Notes: generated by a model not told the origin, from the letters alone. 63,914 bases of DNA, filler included, from Octopus bimaculoides (GCF_001194135.2; 8 parts of 8 records of this genome joined end to end with filler, not necessarily neighbours in it); one strand, 5' to 3'; numbered from the whole stretch's first letter, positions 1 through 12,740 are shown. Numbers and translations: made by a program.

Positions 1-190
1 AACATCTAGGCAGTTAGGCGATACAAGAAAGGGACAACAAAACATCCAGTTAAACGTTAGAGAGAAAACAAAGACAGGTCCCTTGGAGATAATTTTCATC
101 AGTCGAGATCCAGATTATCTTTGCAATTTTGGGCTGGTTATACTCGATATTGGTCTAATCTCGAGTGAATATAGGGAAAGGAAAGCCTCA
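1..190. mobile_element. Fragment of an interspersed repeat, probably Penelope-like; related to 45640-46060
   Basis: CAGTTAGGCGATACAAG...AAAACAAAGACAGG...TCATCAGTC aligns by eye with CAGATAGACGATACAAAG...AAAAAAGACAGG...TCTTCAGTC at 45641-45731. Penelope assignment is inference. Confidence 0.35.
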
Positions 191-691
191 AGTATTTAAA
201 ATGACATTTATACTGAGATACGATCGATCTTTTCTAGCTTTACTTCTATGAATGAAGAAGGGGAAAAGAGATTTAGTAACGAATAAAGGGGAAAATTTCT
301 CAGGTCTTCAGGTTTACATTGTGGGAGTTATAGATAGTTCGAGTGCTTTTGCTCCCTTCTTTCCACAACCCGAGGAACTTATTCACCTTGTTTGTTAGTT
401 CATGTGTTTAGTTGGGNNNNNNNNNNNNNNNNNNNNNNNNNNNNNNNNNGGGGGGGGGGGGTCGACCATGTATGTTTTCTGGCAAGTTTACCGTTTTCTC
501 TACACACTGCAAAGAAGCCCCTAGCCCTTTCTTTCCCTCATACAAAAACTAATGAAGATTTCGAACGAGGTATGGCTGTGAAAAGAGCCAACAATAATGG
601 ATTATAGTCTCTACAAAATGGATTAGGGAGAGAAGATGTCAACAGGTGTCTACACGAAATTCAACTCTATAGAATGTACTTTATAGAGTGT

Positions 692-765
692 ACTCTACAA
701 TAGCCTCTGGTCGACCAAAGCCTTGTGAGTGGATTTGGTGGACGGAAACTGAAAGAAGCCCGCCG

Positions 766-835
<70 letters not shown>

Positions 836-1045
836 TGTGTGAGTGTGTGTGTGTTTGTGTATGTGTGTGTGTGCGTGTGTGTGCGTGTGTATTAATATGT
901 GTGTGTGTTTGTCATCCACCAGCGTCGCTTAACAACCAATGTTAGTGTGTTTGCGCCCCTGTAACTTAGCTGTTCGGCAGAAGAAATGATAGAATAAGCA
1001 ACAAGCTTACAAGGTATAAGTCTAGGGGTTGGTTTCAACGACTAA
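692..1045 (+). mobile_element. SINE family A (tRNA-derived, internal (TA)n(TG)n microsatellite), 5'-truncated
   Basis: GCCTTGTGAGTGGATTTGGT.GACGGAAACTGAAAGAAGCC, then microsatellite and tail, match full copies at 14411, 22035 and 59182. Confidence 0.8.
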
Positions 1046-1079
1046 TTAACGACTAATTGGATTTCAATATACTGATAAA

Positions 1080-1560
1080 TGCTGTGAACATGAACCTAGA
1101 AAAGTAGTAGAAAGTAAAAAAACTTCAGGTTATTGTTGGTCTTCAATATTCAGACTGACAGAGTAAAAGAAGCTAGAATTCCTGATTTAATTATAGTAGA
1201 TTAAAATAAGAGAAACTACCAGATAATTGACTTTACAGTCCCAAATGATGAAAAAAATTAATGAGTTGTATAGAAAAAAATTGCAATGTATCAGGACGTA
1301 CCTATTGAATTATATATCCTATGGAAAATGATGGTAAAATATATTACAGTATTTATAAGTTCAATGGAAACTATACCTAAATATTGGAACTCATAGATAG
1401 AGGAGATACGCACAAAACCCAGTTTAGTACACCTTCAGAAAACAAAGTTGTTAGGGACAGCTAGTACACTTAGGAGGGTTCTTGGCATCTAAGATAACAT
1501 GTTGTATGCTGTTAGATTTTTTTTCTTTTCCAACAGTCGTCTGCGCATGACAATAATAAT
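1080..1560 (+). mobile_element. R4/Dong-clade non-LTR retrotransposon, REL endonuclease 3' fragment (degenerate)
   Basis: Translates FNIQTDRVKEARIPDLIIVD*NKRNYQIIDFTVPND (PD..D motif) and LQKTKLLGTASTLRRVLGI*; ends in an AATAATAAT tail. Confidence 0.8.
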
Positions 1561-1567
1561 AAGGATA

Positions 1568-2343
1568 ATAAAATATGGCTTAGAAAAAGTGATCTGAAAG
1601 AAATTGCTGAAGCAGTGAGGTGCAGCGGTCAGGAACAAACTCTGAGAATTAAATACACTTTGTTTCCAATAGATAAGAGTAGCGAATCTCCCCTTTGTAG
1701 GATTTGTGGCAGCAGAAACGAAGTATTATCGCATGATATTAATGAGTATAGTAAGAAGATGACCTAAAAGCAATACAAACTGAGACACTATAACGTGGCT
1801 AAGTTCGTCTACTGGAAGGCATGGTGAACGTACGGCCTGAACAAAGCACAGAAATGGTACGAACATGAACGAAAATGAAGCACCGTGAACAAGGAACATA
1901 AGATACTGCGAGATTTTATAATCCAATTCAACTCCATAATCGAGACTCGGAGTCCAGAAAGAATTAGTAAAGATTGAAAAGTACAGACTACTAAATGATA
2001 CAATTGACATAGTGTAGGCTATGCGGAGGGTGTCTGTCATTCTAGGAGTTTTAGGGGCCCTCGAAGCCTAACAACCAGTTCGAGAAATATATCAGAGAAA
2101 CTGAAATTGGCATGAGAGTAGAGCAAGCCGAAAAAAACCCTGCTCTGCTGGGAAAAGCTACGATGTTGAGTTTGGTACATGGATGTTGAACACCATAATT
2201 AAAGACCAATTACTGAAGCTTACAATGTGCGGAAAGAGACCTTGTGAGACCTGTAACAGTAGGTTACTGTCCACTCTCACAGAATTTGCCAGAGCAAACA
2301 AAATCGAGCGCTTGAGAGGTAAAACAACAATGATAATAATAAT
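1568..2343 (+). mobile_element. R4/Dong-clade LINE 3' fragment (CCHC knuckle region plus partly deleted REL), degenerate
   Basis: WLRKSDLKE...QEQTLR...PLCRICGSRNEVLSH...YKLRHYNVAKFVYWK; KWYEHE; ends in an ATAATAATAAT tail. Confidence 0.75.
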
Positions 2344-3706
2344 TGTTTCTAGATCAGTTGTTTTAAGTATTCGATGCAACCAATATTTCTTCACAGGAAA
2401 TATATTGAATCTGCAAAATCGAAAGCCAAATTTAATCTCAGGCTTAGCTGAATACACGTACAGAGTCGAAAGGCACTTCTTGCAAGCTCTAAATATTCTT
2501 ACTAGTCATACTCTTCCGAAATAGGCTGTGAACAGATGTAGATAATAACGATTGACACTTTTTGAAAATATATTAATTGTTTACAATCACCGTTAATTTC
2601 TATACGGCTAGTTTCAACGTTATTATCGATATTGTTAAAAAAATAAACTTATAATATCTATCCGTTACTCTATGTGCATTAAAGGAAAAGAGGAAACATA
2701 ACATTCCCTCGCATAAAATGGAGTTACGCTATGCATAATATAATCTAAGTTAAAAAGAGCACGAAATACACACAGTTGGAGATAATTTGATTTGGATATT
2801 CACATGAATTCTTTTCTGAGGCTAAACAAATGCAGGAATTTCACTAGTCTTATTTGACATCAGATTGCTTATCCTAAATATTGAATATCATATCGTAAAT
2901 TTTCTCTTTTCAGCAATTTCGACTTCTATTATGCAAGACATAATAACGGTCAGACAATCTCGACAAACGAGTGCTATAGTTTAAAATCTATTCAATTATT
3001 ATGGAGGGTTTATAATTCTCAATTATTTAAGAACCAATTCAATATACATAATAATTACTACACAATATTAAGTCGCTGGAATATGTTGTTAATAGAATAT
3101 TGCGTGTTGAGAAGCATCAAACCATTTAAACGGAATAATACTTGTGTATTACATACACTTTGAAAGTTATTTCTAAACCTTCCTTCTGTTACGTTAGAGA
3201 GGTTAATTAACAATGTCTTCAGATGGCTGAACCAGTTTCTGGCAGTAGTCAAAAGTGTATATTCTTCGTATTCAACTGCAATTCAATGTTTCCTCTCTTT
3301 GGCGCTGTTGTCTTAACTCCAATGTATACACCTTTTTACGTATATCTATGTAAAATATGCATAGCATACATAGTTTGTGTGATAAAAAGAAATGAAGGAC
3401 ATAAACAAAATATGATTCAAAATACATCTGTCTACGTTTAACACAGTTCTTTCGTGATAAATAAAAAAATGTAGGATCTTAAATAAATCAATAATATATT
3501 AATAAGAGCAAGTATGAGGAAAATAGGTTAACTTTGGAGACACCTAATGTTTTGTAAGCGTTCTGCAAGGTCGATAGTGTGGACTTTGGCTACCCAACTA
3601 AAATATTTAACTGTTCGTTCACTATCGCAGATTGATTCGTACTAAGCAAATAATTTCCTCACTTGATACACGCGCACAGGCGCACGATTACATGTTTGAA
3701 GATCCG

Positions 3707-3780
3707 TTTATACGTTCAATTCTTTATACGTTTAATTCTTTATTTGTTCAATTCCTTATACGTTCAATTCTTTTACGTTA
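3707..3780. repeat. 16-bp minisatellite, about 4.5 copies of TTTATACGTTCAATTC
   Basis: Units start at 3707, 3723, 3739, 3755 and 3771 (partial). Confidence 0.8.
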
Positions 3781-4059
3781 TTGAGTATTTCATTAATTAA
3801 TAGAAATGTAGTTCATACTCTTAGTAATATTATTCATACATTAATTATTAGAAATAGTATTGTTCTTGAAATCGCAATATCACAATATTAAATGGTTAAA
3901 CATTGTGTAGGTAATAAATGGAATATTTAACCTCAGATGAATTTTAGTGGTTAATCTTATGCATCGTTCCAACAGAATCAGATCCTTCCGTGGCTAATGA
4001 TTATTTTTCGACGTTGTGACAGAACTTACAGTTTTGTCGGAATACTGTATTGGTAGTGT

Positions 4060-4436
4060 GGACGCAAAATGTCCCAGTGATTAGGGCGGTGGACTCGCGG
4101 ACATAGTTTCACGGTTTCGAATCCCAGACCGGTTGATGTGAGTGTTTATTGAGCGAAATCACCTAAAGCTCCACGAGGCTCCGGCAGAGTGTGGGGAGAA
4201 CCCTGATGTATTCTTTCACCACACATTTCTCTCACGCTCTCTTCCCGTTTCTGTTGTACCTGTATTTCAAAATGCCAACATTATCACACTCTGTGTCACG
4301 CTGAACCCACCGAGAACTACGTTAAGAGTAGACGTGTCTCTGGAGTGCCTAGACACTTGCATGTTAAATTCACGAACATGCTGTTTCGTAGATCGGATCA
4401 GCTGAAACTCTCGTCATCTTAACCGACGGAGTGCCA
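4060..4436 (+). mobile_element. SINE family B (tRNA-derived head, RTE-like tail; resembles Ceph-SINE/octopus OR-type)
   Basis: A-box-like TGTCCCAGTGATTAG, B-box-like GGTTTCGAATCCC; tail GAGAACTACGTTAAG...GATCGGATCA...AACCGACGGAGTGCCA is shared with 30690-31011. Confidence 0.8.
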
Positions 4437-4497
4437 CGATGATTGTATTGATAGCATTTCTATGACTTTTTTTAGAGCAAAACTGTTGTTTATTATA

Positions 4498-4670
4498 CGA
4501 TGGTGACTCAAAAGGTAATGTCATTTTGTTTAGTACAGGTATAATTACCAACACACGAACATGTATCATGCATCAAAATGAAGCTGGTCCTCTGTGGATC
4601 ACATCACTACTTCTCAACATAGTTACCGTTTCTCTAAATAGCAATGTTCCACCTTCGAATGAGAGCTTCC
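4498..4670 (-). mobile_element. Mariner transposon 3' end with terminal inverted repeat (TIR)
   Basis: Minus strand reads EALIRRWNIAI*RNGNYVEK* (mariner C-terminus); TA then CGATGGTGACTCAAAAGG at 4496-4515 resembles a CGAGGG-type TIR. Confidence 0.6.
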
Positions 4671-4929
4671 CCTCCTGATGTTTCAAATTGTCCTGCTGAA
4701 TTAAAGGTGAATGTCAGAGCAGACCGTAAGCTTTAGATATGATCAAATATATTCTACCCAACATTATAAGACGAATATCATACCTTTTCTCATAAGTTGC
4801 AAGTACTATGTTTCGATATTCATGTACGTCCTGCATATATATTTATATTCACCAGCCTATTTACTTCAGTACCGAGTAGTAAGTGAATATATCTTCCTAG
4901 CTGTTAATTTGTCTACAAAATTAAGCAGA

Positions 4930-6225
4930 TATATAATACATATACGCATAATCTTGACTTCGTCTGTAAAGCGTTCGACAGGGTTGACCATAATATCTTA
5001 CTCACAAAATTGGCAAATGTTGGAATCTGTGGAAACCTTCTACACTGGATTAAGCATTTCCTGGAGATAGAACACAATAACGTGTGGTCGATGGAGTCCA
5101 CTCAAGCCCAGCAAAAGTCACCAGTGGTGACCCTCAGGGGACTGTCTTGGGCCCGCTCCTCTTTATAATTTATATAAATGATCTTTACAGCGTCGTAAGT
5201 CACTGCAAATTGAAAATATTTGCTGATGAAACTAAGCTCCAGCAAATCATCAAAGAAGAAGAAGACCGAGCCCAACTCCAAACTGATCTATATGCTGTGA
5301 GCCAATGGGCAGATAAAAACAAAATGAAACTGAACGAGGGAAAATTTGAGCTGATGTATTTTGGAAAAAAGTCCTCACCAAAACAGCCATACTCCCTTCC
5401 TTCAGGGGAACCGCTCACGGCATCCAACAGTTTCAGAGATCTGGGTGTAATTGTTGACAACAATCTCAATTGGAGTGCCCACATCAACAATAAGGTCAAT
5501 ATAGCTCGTAGGATGAGCTCCTGGATCTTAAGTACCTTCCGGTCCAGAGAACAAAGTGTCATCATTCCACTTTTCTCCTCCTTTGAACGGCCACACCTCG
5601 AATACTGCTNNNNNNNNNNNNNNNNNNNNNNNNNNNNNNNNNNNNNNNNNNNNNNNNNNNNNNNNNNNNNNNNNNNNNNNNNNNNNNNNNNNNNNNNNNN
5701 NNNNNNNNNNNNNNNNNNNNNNNNNNNNNNNNNNNNNNNNNNNNNNNNNNNNNNNNNNNNNNNNNNNNNNNNNNNNNNNNNNNNNNNNNNNNNNNNNNNN
5801 NNNNNNNNNNNNNNNNNNNNNNNNNNNNNNNNNNNNNNNNNNNNNNNNNNNNNNNNNNNNNNCCAAGGCTGGGACCACGAGGCATATGTCCCCTGCCCAA
5901 TTCAGAATCACAACGTATAGGTACATTGCGGCATAATTTCTTTTCCTCAACAGGCCCGGCCCTCTTTAACATTGTCCCGAAACAGATTAAAGAGGCAAAG
6001 GATCCTATCAGCTTTAAACGGAGTCTAGACAGCTTTCTTCAAAGAATACCATACAAGCCACCCATACCTGGATACAACTCACTCAATAAGAACTCACTAC
6101 TTGAATGGACCATAGACCAAACGTGACTGTAAAAAGGATTCAGATAATCTTATCAGGTGGTGCTGTTAAGTTAGACATGACCTGAACCAATCTTTGGTCG
6201 AAACAAATAAAAGTTTTATACATAG
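4930..6225 (+). mobile_element. CR1/L2-type LINE, reverse transcriptase and 3' end (frameshifted, interrupted by a gap)
   Basis: LDF..KAFDRVDHNILLTKL, then ORF 5084-5920: SGDPQGTVLGPLLFIIYINDL...IFADETKL...FRDLGVIVDNNLNWSAHI...FERPHLEYC; C-terminal GPALFNIVPKQIK. Confidence 0.9.
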
Positions 6226-6343
6226 AGACAGACAGAGATAATAACACATGATCATATTCTCGCCTGCAAGCACAGATTTGCATCCACACAGGCATGCTTT
6301 AACATGACGTATGAAGATGAAACCTACACACACAAAAACACAT

Positions 6344-6387
<44 letters not shown>

Positions 6388-7346
6388 ACACACACACGCA
6401 CACGCACACAAACACATATGTATACACACATATATCTGATACCAACGGAGAAGCGTTGAAAATAACACTATAACGTTAACATCCAGGAGATAGTGATTTA
6501 TATTATATTACCTATATATACGTACGTGTGTATGTATACATTCCATAGTATAATGACGTTATGTGGCAAAAGGACTCTTACGATGTAAAGTAATCAACTA
6601 TAATAGGAATCATTCCAGTGTAAGTAGTCTAGTTTAGGATATTTTTAGCATTAACGACAGAGACGTAGTATAAATGTTGAATTATATTTGAATTTAAATA
6701 AGTCTTTCTGTTTTACTGCAAAATCTAGGGTAGTATTATGATTTTATCAAGTGATTACTGCTTTACTACAGGGAAAGCAGTAATCACAGGCATTACTGCT
6801 TCCTACAGGGCTGCACACATATCATTGGTATTCAACAACCCGAGCGCAACCATGTGCGTGTATGTGTAATATGTACAAGAATATTTGTCATGCTCGTGTG
6901 ATCACGAACACAGGCTTCGTGTCGGGAGAAATAGTAGAGGCAATATATGTCAAAGCATATCACGAATGATCTTCATGGTGATGAAAAACATCTCCGTTTC
7001 TGCTTTATGCTTCACCAGATGACAACGAAACTTTCGGTCTCAGCCCTCAAAACACAGTTATGTTGACATATAAGCAGCCGATACTACATTTACTACTAAG
7101 CGCAGAGCCGGAATTAATAATGTAGAAGCGCACGAAGCAACGTTATTTGAAATATTATGTTGTACAATGTTCCCTCTAGAACATTTTTGATGCTTGTCCT
7201 ATAGTTACAAACGACTACCAAGCACCTTCCAGCACGAATAAATATATCGCTGTGTACCATATAATATTTCTTTGTCTGCAATCGATGATGGATTACCATA
7301 CTAGCATCTAAATTCTACGTGTTGGTTAAGCTTTAAATTGTCTATA

Positions 7347-7442
7347 CAAGAACTCACTTCCCGAGCGTTAAACTAATACACGTTTTTTTTTTTTTGTTTC
7401 CACACCTGTCTTCGTCATTTTTTTTCTTTTGTAAATTCTCAC
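7347..7442. mobile_element. Repeat fragment, reverse-orientation copy of the family at 29701-29790 (Penelope-like)
   Basis: TTCCCGAGCGTTAAACTAATACA...CACCTGTCTTCGTC...GTAAATTCTC matches the reverse complement of 29701-29785. Confidence 0.6.
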
Positions 7443-8394
7443 TATACAAGACTATACGTTTCTAACAAATTCTCGAACACATTATGTAGTAAATACATGT
7501 TACCTTCTGACAATTTCTACAATGAGTGTCCAACTGTGAAACATATTCAGTTTAGAATGTTTAAAACTGCACGAAATATAATAAAAGTTTATAAGATTAC
7601 TATTTCCTCTTTGCTAGACGCAAGAAACTTGATTGCAAGAACTATTACGTCGAGTCTTGCGTTTGAGCGTATGTAGTGTGTATGTGTGTGTGTGTGTGTG
7701 TCTGTGTGTGTGTGTGTGTGTGCGTGTGTGCACGCGCGCGTGTTTCTGTGAAAGCGCATGAGTTGTGACAAGTTTTACGCTTAAAATAATACATTAAAGT
7801 TTATTCCTTAGTAACAAGAAATTGATACACAAGTAAACCGTATATTACAATGAATATGACATCTCCTGGGTAAGGCAGGAATAATTTTATTGTGCTCTTA
7901 ATTATTAATTTGCATCTTCTAATCTTCTTGACGTTCATTCACGCTGAATAATTGCTTTTAATTATTTCACAACTGATAAAATAACATAATAATTAGGTAC
8001 ATTTATGTTTATTCATGGTATACAGAAGAAACATTTAAAACAATAAAATAATTAAATTCCTGTGAAGAATAAAAGTATAACATTGACCGTCATGGGAAAT
8101 GAAACTATCAATGAAATGGTAATATTTATTAACGTTTCTTGCACAATTTCCCCAAAATATAAATGCTAAATAAATTCCTTCGATATACAATATAGAGCAA
8201 TAATATCTCTAATATATTATAGAAGAATAGTAATACTTTGTTATATATTCATTGTTAATATTCTACTCTTATAAACTGCAACAATATTTCGTTTTTAGAC
8301 ACGTCTGATGGCATTCACATCATGTTACATATAATAGATAGTTCTCCCGGTATTTATGACTATTAGTATTATCATTGTTGTTGTTCTTGTTGTT

Positions 8395-8554
8395 GTCTTG
8401 GCACAGCTTCTAACGCTGGAGATATACCACGGTGTCAGTTGTTCACTACCAGTGAACTAATGTAACACCCCTTATTTTTCGAGCACCATTCGGAGTATTC
8501 GAGCGGTTCCAAGCAGCGCTGTTTTCTGCAAGTGCTCCACCGTCATTGCAGTCC

Positions 8555-8556
<2 letters not shown>
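8395..8556 (-). mobile_element. R4/Dong LINE extreme 3' end next to a (TTA)n array
   Basis: Minus strand reads TAMTVEHLQKTALLGTARILRMVLEK*; 3'UTR shared with 11686-11855 and 23990-24416. Confidence 0.85.
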
Positions 8557-8614
<58 letters not shown>

Positions 8615-10512
8615 CATTATATCCGGGCCACAATAACAAAGACTACCCATGATACATCGCGGTCCACTGTCAGTTCCTCGATGTCCTAGATACATTCGAT
8701 GCCAGTGTCTGCAATCAAGTTGTCAGTGTAACTATGATATTTTTCTCTTCTTTTCGCTGATTTTTGCCCGATTTAATACTATGTTGCCCTTTTCTCAATC
8801 TCTATATCCAGCTGTTTTAAAGGGAATGCATATCAATAACAAAGTCGTATATGCGCTCAACTACGTTTGAGACGATTAATATTAGAATAGCTACATATAA
8901 GATATGATTGGCCCCATCTGATCTGAATTTGAACGACAGCAAAAGCTTTTACGCAGAGACGAAAATTCTAAACCTTCCGTCAAGCACAGCTGTCTTATTT
9001 ATGTAAAATTCATAAACAATTATATTTACAGCCTTTCCAAACACCTTACAAAACAAGCAAAGATTACACTGTGTACTCTATATCATTCGGTCTATCATCG
9101 ATACTGAGGAACCATACCATGGAGCAATCGCCCCTTATTGTTATATTGGTTATTCTTAAAACTGTTAGTACAAATCCCCTTTACATAATCCATCGCAATT
9201 GCTGAACAGGCAAAATTAATCGTTTACCACTTGCATGCACAGAATTTTCAAATCTTTCAGATTGTATATCAAATCTAAATGTAGCGCTTAGAATCTCTCC
9301 ACACAATTTTCACCTGCATAAAGTAGAAGTGCATTATAAATGCATCATACCCATACCGAATTTTAATTATGTAAATCGATAGTGCATTATTATCTTACTC
9401 ATCTATTACTATGATTATCATTCTACAACCTTCTCTGAAATCTTTATTTGCTTCTATTCTAAATGTACCACTTACACAAACTTCTTATGGTTTTCCCTCT
9501 CATAATTGCTTATTTCATTCTACACTCTGCACATATTTCCAAGCGAACTATAGTATTTTCTATCAACAATATACTATATTCAAAGAGTCACTTGTAGATA
9601 TCCTTAACCAATGTGCAAATTACATAATCTCCTTGTTTACTCCTCTGCTACTCATGTAGCAATATTTATATTTTCAGGGTAATTACTAGCCGTATTATTA
9701 ATTCCCTATTGTTCTAATAAGTACATTTACTATTCTAGCAGCTATCAACTAACATATACATCTAAAGCACATTCATTGCCGTCATGAATATAATATATCT
9801 TATAAACTTATAAATCTAAACACCATTGCAATTACCTGTTTCAGAACCATGCACTTTCATTAGTTTCTATTTTTCTTGCCTTAATACTCTTCTGCATATC
9901 TTCACCCTCATCTTCAAACACCTAGTGCATTCACCACCATTCCACACGCCTACAGATTTTGCACGATTTTGGTTCGTTTTGATGTTTGGTACCCAAATTA
10001 GAATTATACTTTCTGTATAGCCTTTTAAATACTTTGAACTGCTTTTTCTACAGTCTACATAAAATGTTTGGATCTCAAATATGTTATCATTAATATGTCT
10101 AAATTTGTCATTTCAAAAACAAATTATCAAGTTTGATGGGGTTTTACCAAAAATTTGGATATATTGCATGCATTCCTATTTTTTTTAATTTCTCAAATTT
10201 ATGTTGGCCCATGCACTCTAAGATGTTATTCGACTGAATGACAATAAAACATGTTTCTAAATTAGTTCAAACAGTGGTTAAAAATACTTTTTGTGAAGGA
10301 AAATATGTTAAATCATATGATACTAAAAAGGAAAACCTAAATTTCGCTAAATTGACCGAATTTGAAGAACTATTCTCAGTACCTGCAATAGAATTTAGCT
10401 CCTCTCTTGTCTTTATTTTAAGGCGTCGCTGTACAGAAATTTGGTTGCTTCTTAATAATATGGTCTCGGGTTCATTCACACTTAGCAGCAGGTTCGGCCA
10501 GTGTTTTTCTCT

Positions 10513-10612
10513 NNNNNNNNNNNNNNNNNNNNNNNNNNNNNNNNNNNNNNNNNNNNTTAATTAATTAANNNNNNNNNNNNNNNNNNNNNNNNNNNNNNNN
10601 NNNNNNNNNNNN
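10513..10612. other. Assembly spacer N44-TTAATTAATTAA-N44, not biological; same 100-bp spacer at 15023, 43485, 47153, 54704, 60792 and 62814
   Basis: Seven identical 100-bp constructs; the 12-mer gives stop codons in all six frames. Confidence 0.95.
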
Positions 10613-10768
10613 GTTTCTTAAACATTCACTTGAACAAAACTGTACAAATCCAAATATATGGTACCCTAGGCATAACACCTACATGAACTTCTAACTTGTT
10701 GTCTCTTGAGGTCTCTGGGTGAGACTTGGATCCAACTTGTACAAATGCAAAACAAAAGTCAAACATAA
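10613..10768 (+). mobile_element. Probable R4/Dong LINE 3'UTR running into an (AAT)n array
   Basis: Ends directly in (AAT)n like the other Dong copies; any coding part lies in the gap, so the assignment is inferred. Confidence 0.4.
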
Positions 10769-10800
<32 letters not shown>

Positions 10801-10808
10801 TGATGATG

Positions 10809-10851
<43 letters not shown>

Positions 10852-10879
10852 TGATGATAATAATAATGATGATAATAAC

Positions 10880-10923
<44 letters not shown>

Positions 10924-10943
10924 TAATAATAATGATAATAATA
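10769..10943. repeat. (AAT)n microsatellite with GAT/AAC interruptions
   Basis: Direct reading. Confidence 0.95.
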
Positions 10944-11100
10944 ATCCTTTCTATTATTGGGGAAGGGGAATAATCGATTACATTGGCCCCAGTACTCACC
11001 TGGTATTTAATTTATTGACCCCAAAAGGACAAAAGGTAAAGTTGACCTCGGCAGAATTTGAACTTAGAACATAGCGACAGGTGAAATGCCACTAAGCACT
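10943..11100 (-). mobile_element. SINE family E (tRNA-derived), partial
   Basis: Reverse complement contains TTCTAAGTTCAAATTCTGCCGAGGTCAACTTTACCTTTTGTCCTTTTGGGGTCAATAAATTAAATACCAG, the family E core. Confidence 0.75.
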
Positions 11101-11242
11101 CTTCTTTTAATTTTGACTCTATATCTTCAGGAGGAGTTACCTCAATCCTTCCTATATTAACCAAAATGATTGACAAATTTATTTTTTGAACCAGTTGAAT
11201 ACACACAAGATGTCGAAATATCGTTCACTAATAATAATAATG

Positions 11243-11302
<60 letters not shown>

Positions 11303-11306
<4 letters not shown>

Positions 11307-11625
11307 ATGTTGTGAGTAAAGAGGTTAAAAATCTCACCAAATACTCTGAATTGAAAGTGGAAATGGCAAGACTGTATGGAATGCGAGAGGGTAACGCAAT
11401 AGAGATACCCGTGGTGATCGGAGCATTGGGCTCAGTCCCACTGAAACTTCAAGACTTCTTAAGACAACTGGAAATCTCATGCAAGATTGATGTCTTGCAA
11501 AAGGCAGCCTCACTGGGCACAGCGCACATCTTAAGGAAAGTATTATCTGTTTGAGACTCTTGTTGTGACTTGACAGATGACTAAAGACTTTGGTGCATTT
11601 TTACCTACTCTGTGTTATGAAGGAA
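11303..11625 (+). mobile_element. R4/Dong LINE 3' fragment embedded in (TAA)n
   Basis: KEVKNLTKYSELKVEMARLYG...IPVVIGALGSVP...LQKAASLGTAHILRKVLSV*; (ATA)n upstream and AATAATAATAA downstream. Confidence 0.9.
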
Positions 11626-11685
11626 TAATAATAAGGATGATAATAAGCAGCAAACAGCTTTTATTGTCATCTTAACATCAGGGAA

Positions 11686-11855
11686 TAAATAGGGGCTGCA
11701 ATAAGGGTGGAGCACTTGCAGAAAACTGCACTGCTTGGAACCGTTCGAATACTCCGGATGGTACTTGAAAAATAAGAGGTATTTCTTCACTGGTAGTGAA
11801 CAGCTGACACCGTAGTACGTCTCCAGTGTTAGAAGCAGTGCAAGGACGATAAAAT
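11686..11855 (+). mobile_element. R4/Dong LINE extreme 3' end
   Basis: IGAAIRVEHLQKTALLGTVRILRMVLEK* plus UTR and ATAATAAT tail. Confidence 0.85.
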
Positions 11856-11878
11856 AAAATATAATAATAATAATAATT

Positions 11879-12055
11879 GCTTCAAACTTTTGGCACAAGG
11901 TCAGAAACTTTAGGACAGTGGATGAATCAATTACAACAAACCCAGGGATCCACTGGTACTTGTTTAATCGACCTCGAAAGCATGACAGGCGAAGTCAACC
12001 TTGGTGGAATTTGAACTCAGAACACAAAGACTAGTGATTCTGCCAGCTCACTGCA
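11879..12055 (-). mobile_element. SINE family E, internally deleted
   Basis: Reverse complement has head GAGCTGGCAGAATCACTAG, B-box-like TTCTGAGTTCAAATTCCACCAAGG and the core. Confidence 0.7.
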
Positions 12056-12152
12056 TTATTAGTAATAGTAAGAAGAGTAACATTGATGATACATGATTGA
12101 TAATAATAATGCTTCTACTACTACTGCTTATAATAATAATGATGATGATAAC

Positions 12153-12184
<32 letters not shown>

Positions 12185-12597
12185 TAATGCTTTCCTTTAT
12201 GCAAATAATCAGATGAAAAAGATGAGTTTTGCTGTTAAGATGATTGAAATAGTTCTCACTGCCAAATTTGATACGTTAATCTTTTTTTCTTTCCTTTTTT
12301 TTCTTTGCCTTTTTCATATTTCGTTGTGTTAAATTACAATCTCACAGTTATAAACTTTTATTAATCTTGCATATTTCAGAGAAATAGTCTATTGAATTTG
12401 TCAGACATACATGGAAGTGATAAGTAATTCTTCCATTCTGATGAAATAGATTTCAGTCTGTCAGCTATAACAGGAGGAATATGAAACGCTCTCCATCTCT
12501 CTTTCTGTCTTCTTTCTCCCCCCCCCTTTCTGTGCTAGCCATGATTGTTTCCAAATTAAAAATGGAAAATATACATCTAGAGAAGTATTAAATATTC

Positions 12598-12635
<38 letters not shown>

Positions 12636-12696
12636 NNNNNNNNNNNNNNNNNNNNNNNNNNNNNNNNNNNNNNNNNNNNNNNNNNNNNNNNNNNNN

Positions 12697-12740
<44 letters not shown>

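Noticed and set aside
5223-5240. CTGATGA matches at about 5224, 12438, 48916 and 57554, and CTGACGA at about 54387
   Set aside because: None has a correctly placed GAAA..UH with flanking helices; the first is just the ADE codons of the CR1 RT.
9400-10000. Strand-asymmetric stretch with faint resemblance to an RTE RT on the minus strand
   Set aside because: Too many stops and no diagnostic motif survives.
10267-10512. Frames open on both strands next to a gap, with a possible AG|GTACTG donor on the minus strand
   Set aside because: No recognisable protein motif and the acceptor would lie in the gap; cannot be supported.
10557-10568. Seven identical TTAATTAATTAA palindromes spread across the window, superficially like a repeat system
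   Set aside because: Each is centred in exactly 44 N plus 44 N; this is an assembler spacer with six-frame stops, not genomic sequence.
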